A stretch of 64,000 bases of DNA, from assembly GCA_018241025.1 (NCBI GenBank), contig JAFEEQ010000009.1:8065-72064 (forward strand). The letters run 5' to 3'. The notes under the pieces are model-generated. The model had not been told where the DNA came from. It worked only from the letters and a program-made list of their open reading frames with translations, and made no database searches. Source of the DNA: Pseudomonadota bacterium. Its GTDB lineage: Bacteria > Pseudomonadota > Alphaproteobacteria > Micropepsales > Micropepsaceae. Positions 9,814-20,583 of the stretch are shown piece after piece (within the stretch, counting starts at the first letter, position 1; every line of letters starts with the position of its first letter). Both the position numbers and the translations under genes were made by a program.

Positions 9814-10926
9814 ATGATGAAACGATTGATGGCTACGACCGTTGCGGCCGCGGCATTGATGGGCGCGGCGCTGCTGGGATCGGCACCGGCGAAAGCCGAT
9901 ACGTTCGGCGTGCGCTGGGGTCTCGGATTTTCGTATGACAGCGGCGGCTATTGCGACAGCTTCGGATGCCCGGACGGGTTCTGGGAATATCCGATCTCGT
10001 ATTGCCCCGTGTACTACCGCGGCCAGTGGTATCGCGGACCGTTCTATTATCGCGAGCGCTATGGCCGGGTGCAGTACTGGATCCGCGGCGCATGGCGCTT
10101 CGACCAGTGGGATTCGCGGCGTCCGGAATGGGCCTGCGTGAACCGCTTCGGGCCCGCGCTCGATTTCGACTTCTACATCGGTCACGGCTTCCGTTGGCGC
10201 GACACCTGGCGCCACCGCTGGGAGCATGACTACGGCCATGGCGGTCACCGTCCCGGCCACGGCGGCGACGGGCGGCCGGGACATGGCGACCATGGCGATC
10301 ACGACGGCGGGTTCCCCGGATTTCCGGGCTTTCCCGGCATGCCTGGCGGACATAGCGATGGCGGACATGGCGGTGATGGTCACGGAGGACATGACGGTCA
10401 TGGCGGTCCGGGCTCCGGCGGAAGCTGGCCGGGCAGCGGTGGTCCAGGTGGCGGCACCGGTGGGCCCGGAAGCGGTGGCTCGGGCGGACCGGGCACGGGT
10501 GGACCCGGCGGCAGCCATAGCGGCGGGCCTGGTGGTTCCGGAAGCCGTGGCCCTGGCGGTAGCTCGGGCGGACCGGGCACGGGTGGACCCGGCGGCAGCC
10601 ATAGCGGCGGGCCTGGTGGTTCCGGAAGCGGTGGCCCTGGCGGTGGCTCGGGCGGACCGGGCACAGGTGGACCCGGCGGCGGCCATAGCGGCGGACCTGG
10701 TGGCTCCGGTAGCGGTAGCCCTGGCGGCGGATCGGGTGGACCGGGCACAGGTGGACCCGGCGGCGGCCATAGCGGTGGACATGGCGGTTCCGGAAGCGGT
10801 GGCCCCGGTGGCGGCTCGGGTGGTTCCGGCGGCAGCGGTTCGGCCGGCCATGGCCATGGTGGGTCCGACAGCGGTTCGTCCGGCGGTTCCGACGGCGACC
10901 ACGGACATCACGACCGTTCGCGCTGA
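9814..10926 (+). CDS. Secreted Cys/aromatic-domain protein with GGPG/His repeats
   Basis: RBS GAGGAGA; signal peptide ending APAKA; four 28-aa repeats. Confidence 0.75.
   Translation: MMKRLMATTVAAAALMGAALLGSAPAKADTFGVRWGLGFSYDSGGYCDSFGCPDGFWEYPISYCPVYYRGQWYRGPFYYRERYGRVQYWIRGAWRFDQWDSRRPEWACVNRFGPALDFDFYIGHGFRWRDTWRHRWEHDYGHGGHRPGHGGDGRPGHGDHGDHDGGFPGFPGFPGMPGGHSDGGHGGDGHGGHDGHGGPGSGGSWPGSGGPGGGTGGPGSGGSGGPGTGGPGGSHSGGPGGSGSRGPGGSSGGPGTGGPGGSHSGGPGGSGSGGPGGGSGGPGTGGPGGGHSGGPGGSGSGSPGGGSGGPGTGGPGGGHSGGHGGSGSGGPGGGSGGSGGSGSAGHGHGGSDSGSSGGSDGDHGHHDRSR
10483..10818 (+). repeat. Four in-frame 84-bp tandem repeats (GGPGTGGPGGSHSGGPGGSGSGGPGGGS)
   Basis: Units start at 10483, 10567, 10651 and 10735. 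Confidence 0.9.
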
Positions 10927-10940
10927 ACGCGTGTCGAACA

Positions 10941-10977
10941 CGGAAGGCTCCGCTGCGCAGGCAGCGGAGCCTTTCCG
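10941..10977 (+). terminator. Rho-independent terminator-like hairpin
   Basis: GGAAGGCTCCGCTGC / GCAGCGGAGCCTTTCC stem just after the stop codon. Confidence 0.65.
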
Positions 10978-11153
10978 ATTCCGGGATTCGCATGCGCGAC
11001 AGCGCCCGATTTCGCGGCAAAGGCGATGTCTGGCTTTCCCGTCGGACTTTCTGAAACTTTCGGTCGCCGCGCCACGCAAGCTCGCAACGCGCTTCGATTG
11101 AACCGGTCCGCGCACGCGGAGTAGTTTGCCGCGCCATTCCGAGGGTTTCCCCC

Positions 11154-12258
<1,105 letters not shown>

Positions 12259-12272
<14 letters not shown>

Positions 12273-14232
12273 TGCCGCGTGCCGTCAGCAGCTTCATCAG
12301 CGGCGCGAAGGCCGGCATCACCAAGCGTGCGCCGGCCAGCGACAGGTGATGCGTATCGCGATAGAGCGGATAACCGCCGCGCTGCGTGAGGCAGCGCTCG
12401 GCGGGGCACAGGATCGCCGCCGGATCGAGGAAGAGAACCGGCACACGCGCCGAGAAGGCGGCGAACATCTCGCTGTTGGCGGCTTCGCTTGCGCGATATT
12501 CCGCGCGCGTCGCGCCACGCACCAATTCCGCCGGCGGATTCCCTGCCGCATCGTCCAGACCGAGCGCGCGGGCCTTGGCCATGTTGGGCGCGATCAGGTC
12601 GCTCGTCTCCGGCGTGTCGCGCACGATCACGATCCTCGCCCCGCTGTCGCGCGCCAGCTGCACCAGATCGTCGAGCCCCCGGTGCATTTCCGCCAGCCAA
12701 TGTGCCGCCGTCGGATTTGAGGCTTCTTCCCGTCTTGCGACGTTCGCGGTCGTCCAGCGCTGGATGATCACGAGCGCTTTGGGACGCAGCTTCCGTATCA
12801 GCTTGTAGATTTCGACGTTGCGCCTGGCACAGTTCGTCTCGCCGCCGGCCTGCACGTCGGTGACATAGCCGCGGCAGCCGGATTCGCTGAAGATGTAGCC
12901 CGATACGCGATTGCGCCGCGCGAGTTCGTCCAGTGCGACGTCGTACATGTCGGCATGGGAGTCGCCGGAGACCACGAAGCTCGGCTTCGCGGCGGGATCT
13001 CCGACGATGCACAGCCTGCCGTCGGCGACCGATTGCGGCGATTGGGCGTAGCAGGGATTCCAGGCGTGGTTACCCTCGGCGAGGATCGCGTTCGTCGTGG
13101 CGTCGAAGCGCGCCGGCAGGCCGTGAAGACGTGCGACCGTCGCGCCGAACAGCGCGAGAGCCGCGCTGACGGCCGCCGCGCCGATAAAGACCTGGCGCCG
13201 CGACAGGATCGCGCGTGGGCTGCGAAAGGGCCGCTCGATAAAGTGCCAGGACGCGAACGCGACGGGAATGGCAGCGAGCGCCAGAACGATCTTGAGCCAT
13301 GCCGCGCTGTGCGGATCGAGCACATAATATGTGCCGAAGGCGATGATCGGCCAGTGCCAGAGATAGAGCGAGTAGGACGACTGGCCGATCAGGACTATGG
13401 GCCGAAGACCCAGTATGCGCGCGACGAGTGTGTTGCGCAGGTCCGTGCCGTAGAGGATCAGCGCGGTACCGACGCAGGCGGACAGAATTTCCAGATGCGG
13501 AAACGCCGGGGACGGATGCGCCCATGGCAGGTTTGCGAGGACAGCAATCAGTCCCAGCGCCGCAAGAACATCACCGATCCATCGGCTTGTAATTTTCGGG
13601 ACGATTCCGGTCGCCAGAAACGCCCCCAGCAGAAACTCCGCAGAACGATAGACTGGAAGGAAGAAGGCAGCGCGTGGAATCCGGTCCACGACAAGAAGCC
13701 CGACCAGGACCGCGCCGAGCGCAAGCGCCGCGATGGCGAACGCGACACCGCGTCTTCCAGATCGCGCCGAGAGCGCGACGATGACGATCGGCCAGACGAT
13801 ATAGAGCTGTTCCTCCACCGCCAGCGACCAGGTGTGAAGCAGCGGCGCATATTGCGGATCGACGCCGAAATAGCCGAGCGAGTGCCAGAAATAGAAGTTC
13901 GATGCGAAGACCGTCGCCGAGACGAGGCTGCGCGCATAGCTGGCCATGTCCGCCGGCAAGAGTATGAAGGAGAACAGCGCCGTCGCCGCCAGCATCGTCA
14001 GAAGCGCCGGCATGATGCGGCGTACGCGCCGCTCGTAGAAGCGCGCGAAAGAGAAGGCGCCGTCTTCTCGCAGTACGATGCCGCAGATCAGATAGCCCGA
14101 GATGACATAGAAGACATCGACGCCGACATATCCACCGCCGCTGATTCCGGCATGGAAGGCCAGAACCATCAGGACGGCCACTGCGCGCAGGCCGTCGATC
14201 TCGGGGCGGTAATGCGCGGGCGGCACGTTCAA
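12259..14232 (-). CDS. Acyltransferase-3 + SGNH fusion (OafA/OatA-like O-acetyltransferase)
   Basis: YRPEIDGLRAVAV, GVDVFYVISGYLI, HTWSLAVEEQ; SGNH GDSHA and DTHHLS; TTG start overlaps the upstream stop. Confidence 0.9.
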
Positions 14233-14648
14233 TCGGCGGCCTTGGCGGCGTCCTCGGTCTGGCGGCAGGACAGGTCTCCGGGCTCGCAATTCTCGGCGGC
14301 CTCGAGATCCTTGATGCGGGCTTCCGTCAGCGCCGTCAGGCAGCCGAAATGGACCATCGGCCAGATGCTTCCGCCGGCATTGCCGGAATTGCGGAAGGCG
14401 CATTCGGCGTCGCGATAGGCGATCCAGGCGCGTTCCGATTGGCGCAGCAGGGCCTGTCCCTCCGGATCGTATTTCGCCAGAACCCTTTTGTAGATCGCGT
14501 TGATCTTCGCGGTCACGGCCTTGTAGGCATCCTCGGCGCAGGTGTTGGCGAGGTTCTGGTTCGGCGCGGTGTCGCAGCCGGCGGCGAAAGCCGGCGATGC
14601 AAAGGCCAGCGAGCAAAAGGCCAGCGCGGCAATCGTTCTTTTGCTCAT
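14229..14648 (-). CDS. DUF1311 / LprI-like lysozyme inhibitor family protein
   Basis: Signal peptide; C...NTCA, LRQSERAWIAYRDAEC, GCLTALT. Confidence 0.85.
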   Translation of the reverse strand: MSKRTIAALAFCSLAFASPAFAAGCDTAPNQNLANTCAEDAYKAVTAKINAIYKRVLAKYDPEGQALLRQSERAWIAYRDAECAFRNSGNAGGSIWPMVHFGCLTALTEARIKDLEAAENCEPGDLSCRQTEDAAKAAD

Positions 14649-15034
14649 CGTCCCTGCCTGTCGTGCAGAAGCTGGAGGAGCTGCCGCGTCCGGGTTTCCG
14701 TCTGGCCGGCAAGGCAGCCGGAATACATCATCGGATAGATCGAACCGCCCTCGTTCTCGGCCGCTTCGAATGTGCATTCCTTGTCGCGGAACTGGATCCA
14801 GGCGCGCTGCGCATCGCGCAGCTTGCGAAATTCACCGGGGTCCAGATTTTTGCGCAGCCGCTGATAGGCGTCGTTCAGCTTGCGGTCCGCCTTCCGGAAG
14901 TCCTTGTTGGCGCAGACGTTCATCTCGAGCTGCGTCATCGCGTTGCGACAGTCGATGCCGTCCCAGTCGTCGGCCCGTGCCGGCGCGGCGGCGAACAGCG
15001 TCGCAAGAGCCGTGCCGGCGAGCAGCATCCTCAT
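14645..15034 (-). CDS. DUF1311 / LprI-like lysozyme inhibitor family protein (paralog)
   Basis: Signal peptide; DCRNAMTQLEMNVCA, LRDAQRAWIQFRDKEC. Confidence 0.85.
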   Translation of the reverse strand: MRMLLAGTALATLFAAAPARADDWDGIDCRNAMTQLEMNVCANKDFRKADRKLNDAYQRLRKNLDPGEFRKLRDAQRAWIQFRDKECTFEAAENEGGSIYPMMYSGCLAGQTETRTRQLLQLLHDRQGR

Positions 15035-15795
15035 GCCAGCGAACCGCCGTCGACGATCATCGACTGACCGGTCATCCACGAACCAGCCTTGCTCGCCAGG
15101 AACACGGCGGCGCCGGCGATGTCGTCCGGCTCGCCGAGGCGGCGGAGCGGTGTGCCCGAGCTGGCGCGGCGCTCGCCCTCCGGCGTATCCCACAGCGCGC
15201 GGGCGAAATCGGTCTTCACCAGGCCCGGCGCAATGCAGTTGACGCGGATATTGTTCGGTCCCTGCTCGACCGCGAGGTTGCGCGCGAGCTGCAGATCGGC
15301 CGCCTTGGTAATGGCGTAGGTGCCGAGCACCGTCGAGCCGCGATAGCCGCCGATGGATGAGACGATGATGATCGCGCCGTCTTTCTTCTCGATCATGTCG
15401 GGCAGCACCATCTGCGCGAGCCAGTGGTTCGACTTGATGTTCGCGCCGAGCGTCTTGTCGAAGGCCTCGTCGCCGATATTCGACATCGAGCCGTAATGCG
15501 GGTTGAGCGCGGCGTTGCAGACGAGGATGTCGATCTTGCCCAGCTGCTTGTGGGTCTCGTCGACCAGCATCTGCAGCTGCTCTTTGTAGTTGATGTTGCA
15601 CGGAATCGGCACGGCGACCTTGGCGCCGCGCTCCGTGTTGATGTCGTTCGCGACCTTCTCGCAGGCGTCGCCCTTGCGGCTGGAGATCACGACCTTTGCG
15701 CCATGCTCGGCCATGCGATGGGCGATGGCCTCGCCGATGCCCTTGGTCGAACCGGTGATGAGCGCCACTTTTCCCGATAGATCGAAGAGAGTCAT
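15031..15795 (-). CDS. SDR family oxidoreductase
   Basis: TGSTKGIG, NAA, YAITK catalytic motif. Confidence 0.92.
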   Translation of the reverse strand: MTLFDLSGKVALITGSTKGIGEAIAHRMAEHGAKVVISSRKGDACEKVANDINTERGAKVAVPIPCNINYKEQLQMLVDETHKQLGKIDILVCNAALNPHYGSMSNIGDEAFDKTLGANIKSNHWLAQMVLPDMIEKKDGAIIIVSSIGGYRGSTVLGTYAITKAADLQLARNLAVEQGPNNIRVNCIAPGLVKTDFARALWDTPEGERRASSGTPLRRLGEPDDIAGAAVFLASKAGSWMTGQSMIVDGGSLA

Positions 15796-15910
15796 TTTTC
15801 CGTCCCGTGCGTTATGAAATGCCGATGCGCCTGTTTAGCAGGCCCGGCGGCTTGCGGCCAAATATCTGCCACCTTTGAGGCAGCAGAATTCGTGATGGAT
15901 GGATAACGAT

Positions 15911-16525
15911 ATGCGTCTTTCTTCGCTGGCGGCCCTGGCACTCGCGGCCGTACTTTCTGCCTGCAGCACAACGCCCCGGCCTGGCGGCGACTATCCGCCC
16001 GTGCCGCCATCGCAACGCCCGGTCGCGCCGAAGCCTGCGGCACCGCCGCTCCATGGCGCCGTGATTCCGGGTCCGCCCGGTCCGCTCGCCTCGGCCCAGA
16101 TCGGCAATTACATGGACAGCCTCGAGACGACGCTCCGCCGCCATCTGCGGGGTGTCGTGGTCGCGCGCCAGGGCGACAACATCGATGTCGTCATCCCGAA
16201 CACAGCGGTATTCACGCCGGAAGGCGAGATCATATCCGGCGGGGTGTTCGATCCCCTTGCCGCGATCCTGCGCGGCTATCCGCACACCGTGTTGCAGGTC
16301 GGCGCCTACACGGACACCTGGGGTCCGGCCGATCGCAATCTCGCGCTGACCGGACAGCGCGCCCATGCCGTCGCCGATGCGCTGGTGCGCGCCGGGGTGC
16401 CGGCTTCGCATGTCTCGGCGCAGGGCTTCGGCGAGACCCATCTGCGTGTTGCCACCGCCGACGACCGCAAAGAGCCGCGCAACCGCCGCATCGAGATCGT
16501 GATCAAGGCGCGCGCCGGCGCCTGA
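15911..16525 (+). CDS. OmpA-family lipoprotein
   Basis: Lipobox LSAC; AYTDTWG...NLALTGQRA, RNRRIEI. Confidence 0.85.
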   Translation: MRLSSLAALALAAVLSACSTTPRPGGDYPPVPPSQRPVAPKPAAPPLHGAVIPGPPGPLASAQIGNYMDSLETTLRRHLRGVVVARQGDNIDVVIPNTAVFTPEGEIISGGVFDPLAAILRGYPHTVLQVGAYTDTWGPADRNLALTGQRAHAVADALVRAGVPASHVSAQGFGETHLRVATADDRKEPRNRRIEIVIKARAGA

Positions 16526-16616
16526 CCACACGCCCGTTGTGGTGAAGGATGCCGCGGCTTGCGCGCCGCCGCGGATTGGTATGGATTCGCACCCGGCTAA
16601 ACTCCGGGAAACGACC

Positions 16617-17345
16617 ATGAACATCCGTGCACTGATGGTATCCGCCGCGCTCTGCGCGATGGCGGCCGCAAGCTTCGCCGCGACGCCGCCGATGCTGGTG
16701 CGCGGCACGATCACTGCGATCGACGGCAAGACGGTCACCGTGCGCAAGGACGACGGCACGACGATCACGGGCGCGATCGCGCCGACCACCTCGTTCTCGG
16801 CAGTCGAGCCGCGGCGCTTCGACCAGATCAAATCGACGGACTTCGTCGGCATCACGTCGGTGCCGGGACCGGGCGGCGCGCTGAAGGCGGAGGAGATCCA
16901 CATCATCCCGCTCAAGGGGCTCGGCGAGGGCTCCTATCCCTGGGATCACCTTCCGGGCGGCGCCAAGGGCGCGGGCGGCAACATGACCAACGGCACCGTC
17001 GCGACGGTGCAATCGGGCCCGGCTTCGACCATGGGCAGCATGACCAACGGCACGGTGACGATGGCAGGTGCCGGCGAATGGAAGCTGCAGGTCACCTATC
17101 ACGGCTCGGCGATGGTGAACGGCAAATGCGTCGGCCTCGCCGGCGCGCCGGGCGGTACGCCGTGCACCGGCGTCGCGACCGTGCTGGTCACGCCGTCGAC
17201 CCCGGTGGTCGCCATCGTTCCGGCGAAGGATACGGATGCGAAACCGGGTCTCGCGGTCTTCGGACGTTTCACGCAAGCGCCCGACGGCAAATTCGATGCC
17301 GGCGCGCTGGTGCTCGAGAAGAACGGCGTCAAGCCGCAGATGTAA
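16617..17345 (+). CDS. Exported beta-rich hypothetical protein (DUF5666-like)
   Basis: Signal peptide ending ASFA; VRGTITAIDG OB-like start. Confidence 0.7.
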   Translation: MNIRALMVSAALCAMAAASFAATPPMLVRGTITAIDGKTVTVRKDDGTTITGAIAPTTSFSAVEPRRFDQIKSTDFVGITSVPGPGGALKAEEIHIIPLKGLGEGSYPWDHLPGGAKGAGGNMTNGTVATVQSGPASTMGSMTNGTVTMAGAGEWKLQVTYHGSAMVNGKCVGLAGAPGGTPCTGVATVLVTPSTPVVAIVPAKDTDAKPGLAVFGRFTQAPDGKFDAGALVLEKNGVKPQM

Positions 17346-17430
17346 AATCGGAAATCGGCGACACGATTTCGCGACTTGGCCGTTTCCTCATCCGAGCGGG
17401 AAGGTTCCCTCATGGATGAAGGATACGGAT

Positions 17431-17895
17431 ATGCCGCGACTGCTGATGATTGCCGCTGCCGGATTGATGCTGGCTGGCTGCGCGAGCGACTACGACTACA
17501 ACAAGTTCCCCGACCAGGAACCCTGGACGATGTCGCGCAACGGCAGTGAGATCGACTACGAGCTGCTCGACCGGGTGCTGTTCCGCAACGATTCCGCGGA
17601 CCTGTCCGATCATGCCGAGCGCGTGATCGCGGCGCTCGCCGACGAGGCGCGGCATCATCCGGGAACCGCGATCGTCGTCGACGGCTATACCGATACGGTC
17701 GGGACGCCGGAACACAACCTCGGACTCAGCAATGCCCGCGCCATCGCCGTTGCCGATGCGCTGGTCAAGGAAGGCATCAACGGCCGGAAGATCTCGACCC
17801 ATGGTTACGGCGAGACGGAACTCGCCGTTCCGACCGGCGATCAGGTTCCCGAGCGCCGCAATCGCCGCGTCGTGATCCGCCTCGTCCCCGGCTGA
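17431..17895 (+). CDS. OmpA-family lipoprotein
   Basis: Lipobox LAGC; DGYTDTVG...NLGLSNARA, RNRRVVI. Confidence 0.88.
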   Translation: MPRLLMIAAAGLMLAGCASDYDYNKFPDQEPWTMSRNGSEIDYELLDRVLFRNDSADLSDHAERVIAALADEARHHPGTAIVVDGYTDTVGTPEHNLGLSNARAIAVADALVKEGINGRKISTHGYGETELAVPTGDQVPERRNRRVVIRLVPG

Positions 17896-17904
17896 GCCGG
17901 CAGG

Positions 17905-18387
17905 CTACTTCTCCAGTGCCGCGTCGATGGCCGCGTTCATCTCGGCATCGTCCGGCGTTGTGCGCGGTCCGAACACGCCGGCGATCGAGCCGTCCTTGTT
18001 GATCAGGTATTTGTGAAAATTCCACTTGGGCGCGGCGTCCTCGCCGAGCTCGCCGGCGAGCCATTTGTACATCGGATGCGCAGAGCCTCCGATCACGTCT
18101 TCCTTCGCCGTCATCGGGAAGTCGACGCCGAAGCGCGTCTCGCAGAAGGTCTTGATCTCGCCTTCGGTGCCGGGCTCCTGTGCGCCGAAATTGTTCGCGG
18201 GCACGCCGAGCACGATGAGGCCCTTGTCCTTCTTGTCCTTCCACAGCGCCTCGAGGCCGGCATATTGCGGCGTCAGCCCGCACTGGCTGGCGACATTCAC
18301 GACAAGCACCGCCTTGCCCTTGAACTGGGACATCGGCATGTCGCCGCCGGTGATCGATTTGAAGGCGAAGTCGTGAGCTGTGGTCAT
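17905..18387 (-). CDS. Glutathione peroxidase (Cys type)
   Basis: VNVASQCGLTPQY, PANNFGAQEPG, KWNFHKYLI. Confidence 0.93.
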   Translation of the reverse strand: MTTAHDFAFKSITGGDMPMSQFKGKAVLVVNVASQCGLTPQYAGLEALWKDKKDKGLIVLGVPANNFGAQEPGTEGEIKTFCETRFGVDFPMTAKEDVIGGSAHPMYKWLAGELGEDAAPKWNFHKYLINKDGSIAGVFGPRTTPDDAEMNAAIDAALEK

Positions 18388-18498
18388 GGCGTCCTCCCGG
18401 GGTTGGCGGCACTTTAATGCCTCAATGCGATACGGACCATCCACCTCGCCGGATGGTTGGACAGAGGCGGATTTAATCCGCCGCAGTGAGGGAAAGCG

Positions 18499-19119
18499 TC
18501 AGCGCCGTTCCAGGAGCAGGCCCGCGCCGAAGGCGAGCAGTGCGCCGCCGGTGATGCCGTCGAGGATCCTTGCGCCGCGTCCGATGAAACGCGCCATCGG
18601 CCGGACGGCCAACGTGAGCAACCAGAACCAGAGCAGCGTTTCGATCACATGGATCGCGGTCAGCACGACCGCGAACAGCGCCACCGGTTCGCCGGCTGGA
18701 ATGAACAGCGGCAGGAACGTCACATAGAACACGCCGACCTTGGGATTGAGGATATTGGTCAGGAAGCCGCGCAGCAGCCATGAACGGCCGCTGGGCGCAG
18801 GCCCCGGCGCGGCACGTCCGGCCTCGTCACGCCAAGCCGCCAGCAGCAACCGGGCGCCGAGCCAGATGACATAGCCGGCACCGGCGATCCGCAGGATGTC
18901 ATAGGCGGTGTGCGACAGCGCGAGGAGCGCGCTCAGCCCGAGCGACGCGGCCGCGCCCCAGACGAACAGTCCGGCGCAGATTCCGAATCCCGCCAGCATG
19001 CCGCGCCGTGACCCTTCGACCGCGGCCGTGCGCAGCACCAGCGCGCTGTCGAGACCCGGCGTGATCGTCAGCAATCCCGCGGCGACGGCGAAGCCGGCAA
19101 CGGCCTGGAGCGGCGTCAT
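18499..19119 (-). CDS. LysE family translocator
   Basis: TPGLDSALV, GFLTNILNPKVGVFY. Confidence 0.92.
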   Translation of the reverse strand: MTPLQAVAGFAVAAGLLTITPGLDSALVLRTAAVEGSRRGMLAGFGICAGLFVWGAAASLGLSALLALSHTAYDILRIAGAGYVIWLGARLLLAAWRDEAGRAAPGPAPSGRSWLLRGFLTNILNPKVGVFYVTFLPLFIPAGEPVALFAVVLTAIHVIETLLWFWLLTLAVRPMARFIGRGARILDGITGGALLAFGAGLLLERR

Positions 19120-19231
19120 ATTTACCTCTCGTTAACCCCCGATCTCCGACTGAACCGCGAATTCGCTGGTTAAGCAATTTGAAATCCCTGGCGTGCAATT
19201 TTTGCCGGGTGACTTGCGAAAGACCGCTTTC

Positions 19232-20470
19232 ATGACTCGCGCCCTCATCGTCGCGACCTATCTCCTGGCCTGCGCCACCGTCGGCACCGCGCTGTTCATG
19301 GTGTCGGGCGTGGAGATCGGCCTGCTCACCGCGGGACTGCTCGCGCTCGTCTGCACGCAGGTTCACGCCTCCTATCGCCGCCGCCGCGAGAAGCGCGTCA
19401 CCGACCGCGAGATTTCCGGTCTGAAGCGCGTCAGCTTCCAGTTCGAGCAGGCGCTCAACGATACCCGCACGAAGATGGACGATCTCAACAAGGCGTTCGA
19501 GGCCAAGACCACGGCGCAGAACCGCAAGATCGTTTCCGAGCTCAAGGTGCTCGAGTCGCTGATGCGCGATTTCGCCAGCAAGGTTTCGAGGTCCGCCGAG
19601 AAAGTGCCGCTCGAAGACGCGATCGAGCGCCGCGTGCCGCGCCAGGGCCCGGCCTCGGCCTACACAAACGCGCTCGGCGATTCCGCCCTGCTCGAGACCA
19701 TCCGCGCCTCGCTCGAACAGAACCGCGTCGATCTCTATCTCCAGCCCATCGTCTCGCTGCCGCAGCGCAAGCTGCGTTTCTACGAAGCGTTGTCGCGGCT
19801 GCGCTCGGAAGACGGCAAGGTCATCATGCCGGAGCAGTACATCAAGGTCGCCGCGCCGGCCGGGCTGATGTCCGTGGTCGACAATCTTCTGCTCTTCCGC
19901 TGCGTCCAGATCGTCCGCCGCCTGACCCAGAAGAACCGCGAAATCGGCGTGTTCTGCAATATCTCGGGCGACACGCTGACCGATTCCGAATTCTTCCCGC
20001 AATTCCTGGAATACATGCATCACAACCGCGATCTCGCGGGCCAGATCGTGTTCGAGTTCTCGCAGGATGCGGTGACCCAGGCCGGTACGCAGGGCGAGTC
20101 CAATCTCGCCTATCTCGCGAGCCTTGGCTTCGCGCTGTCGATGGACCACATCAATTCGCTGGCGATCGATTTTGTGAAGCTGAAGAAGATCGGCTTCCGC
20201 CATCTCAAGATCCGCGCCCACACGCTCACGCACGGCATGAACGGCTCTGGCGCGGCGGTTGCGGCCGAGGACCTCAAGAAGCTGCTCGAGCGCAACGGGC
20301 TCAACCTCATCGCCGAGCGCGTCGAGGACGAGAAGACCGTGGTCCAGCTTCTCGACTACGGCGTCGACTATGCGCAGGGTTATCTCTTCGGCGAGCCGCG
20401 CGCGGTGCGCGAGGACACACTGAAGGCCGTCGACCAGACCAACGTCACGCCGCTGCGCAAGGCGGGGTGA
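19232..20470 (+). CDS. Membrane-anchored EAL domain protein (TipF-like, degenerate)
   Basis: Two N-terminal TMs, coiled coil, QPIV...YEAL; DDFGTG replaced by MDHINS. Confidence 0.85.
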   Translation: MTRALIVATYLLACATVGTALFMVSGVEIGLLTAGLLALVCTQVHASYRRRREKRVTDREISGLKRVSFQFEQALNDTRTKMDDLNKAFEAKTTAQNRKIVSELKVLESLMRDFASKVSRSAEKVPLEDAIERRVPRQGPASAYTNALGDSALLETIRASLEQNRVDLYLQPIVSLPQRKLRFYEALSRLRSEDGKVIMPEQYIKVAAPAGLMSVVDNLLLFRCVQIVRRLTQKNREIGVFCNISGDTLTDSEFFPQFLEYMHHNRDLAGQIVFEFSQDAVTQAGTQGESNLAYLASLGFALSMDHINSLAIDFVKLKKIGFRHLKIRAHTLTHGMNGSGAAVAAEDLKKLLERNGLNLIAERVEDEKTVVQLLDYGVDYAQGYLFGEPRAVREDTLKAVDQTNVTPLRKAG

Positions 20471-20483
20471 TGCGGTGCCGCCC

Positions 20484-20526
20484 GTGATATCGGCTCTGTC
20501 GATATCACTTCTGAAATGATATCATT
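20484..20526. promoter_or_regulatory. Palindromic putative operators upstream of the P450-MFS pair
   Basis: GTGATATCG-N7-CGATATCAC and AATGATATCATT. Confidence 0.5.
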
Positions 20527-20583
20527 GGAATAGCCGTTGGCCGCCGCTTATCTCAGCCCTGCAACAGGGCCGGGAGATGCCGG

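Noticed and set aside
10483-10818. Regular repeats as a CRISPR array
   Set aside because: 84-bp in-frame coding repeats with no unique spacers and no cas genes.
17905-18387. Selenocysteine glutathione peroxidase
   Set aside because: The active site is a Cys codon and there is no in-frame TGA.
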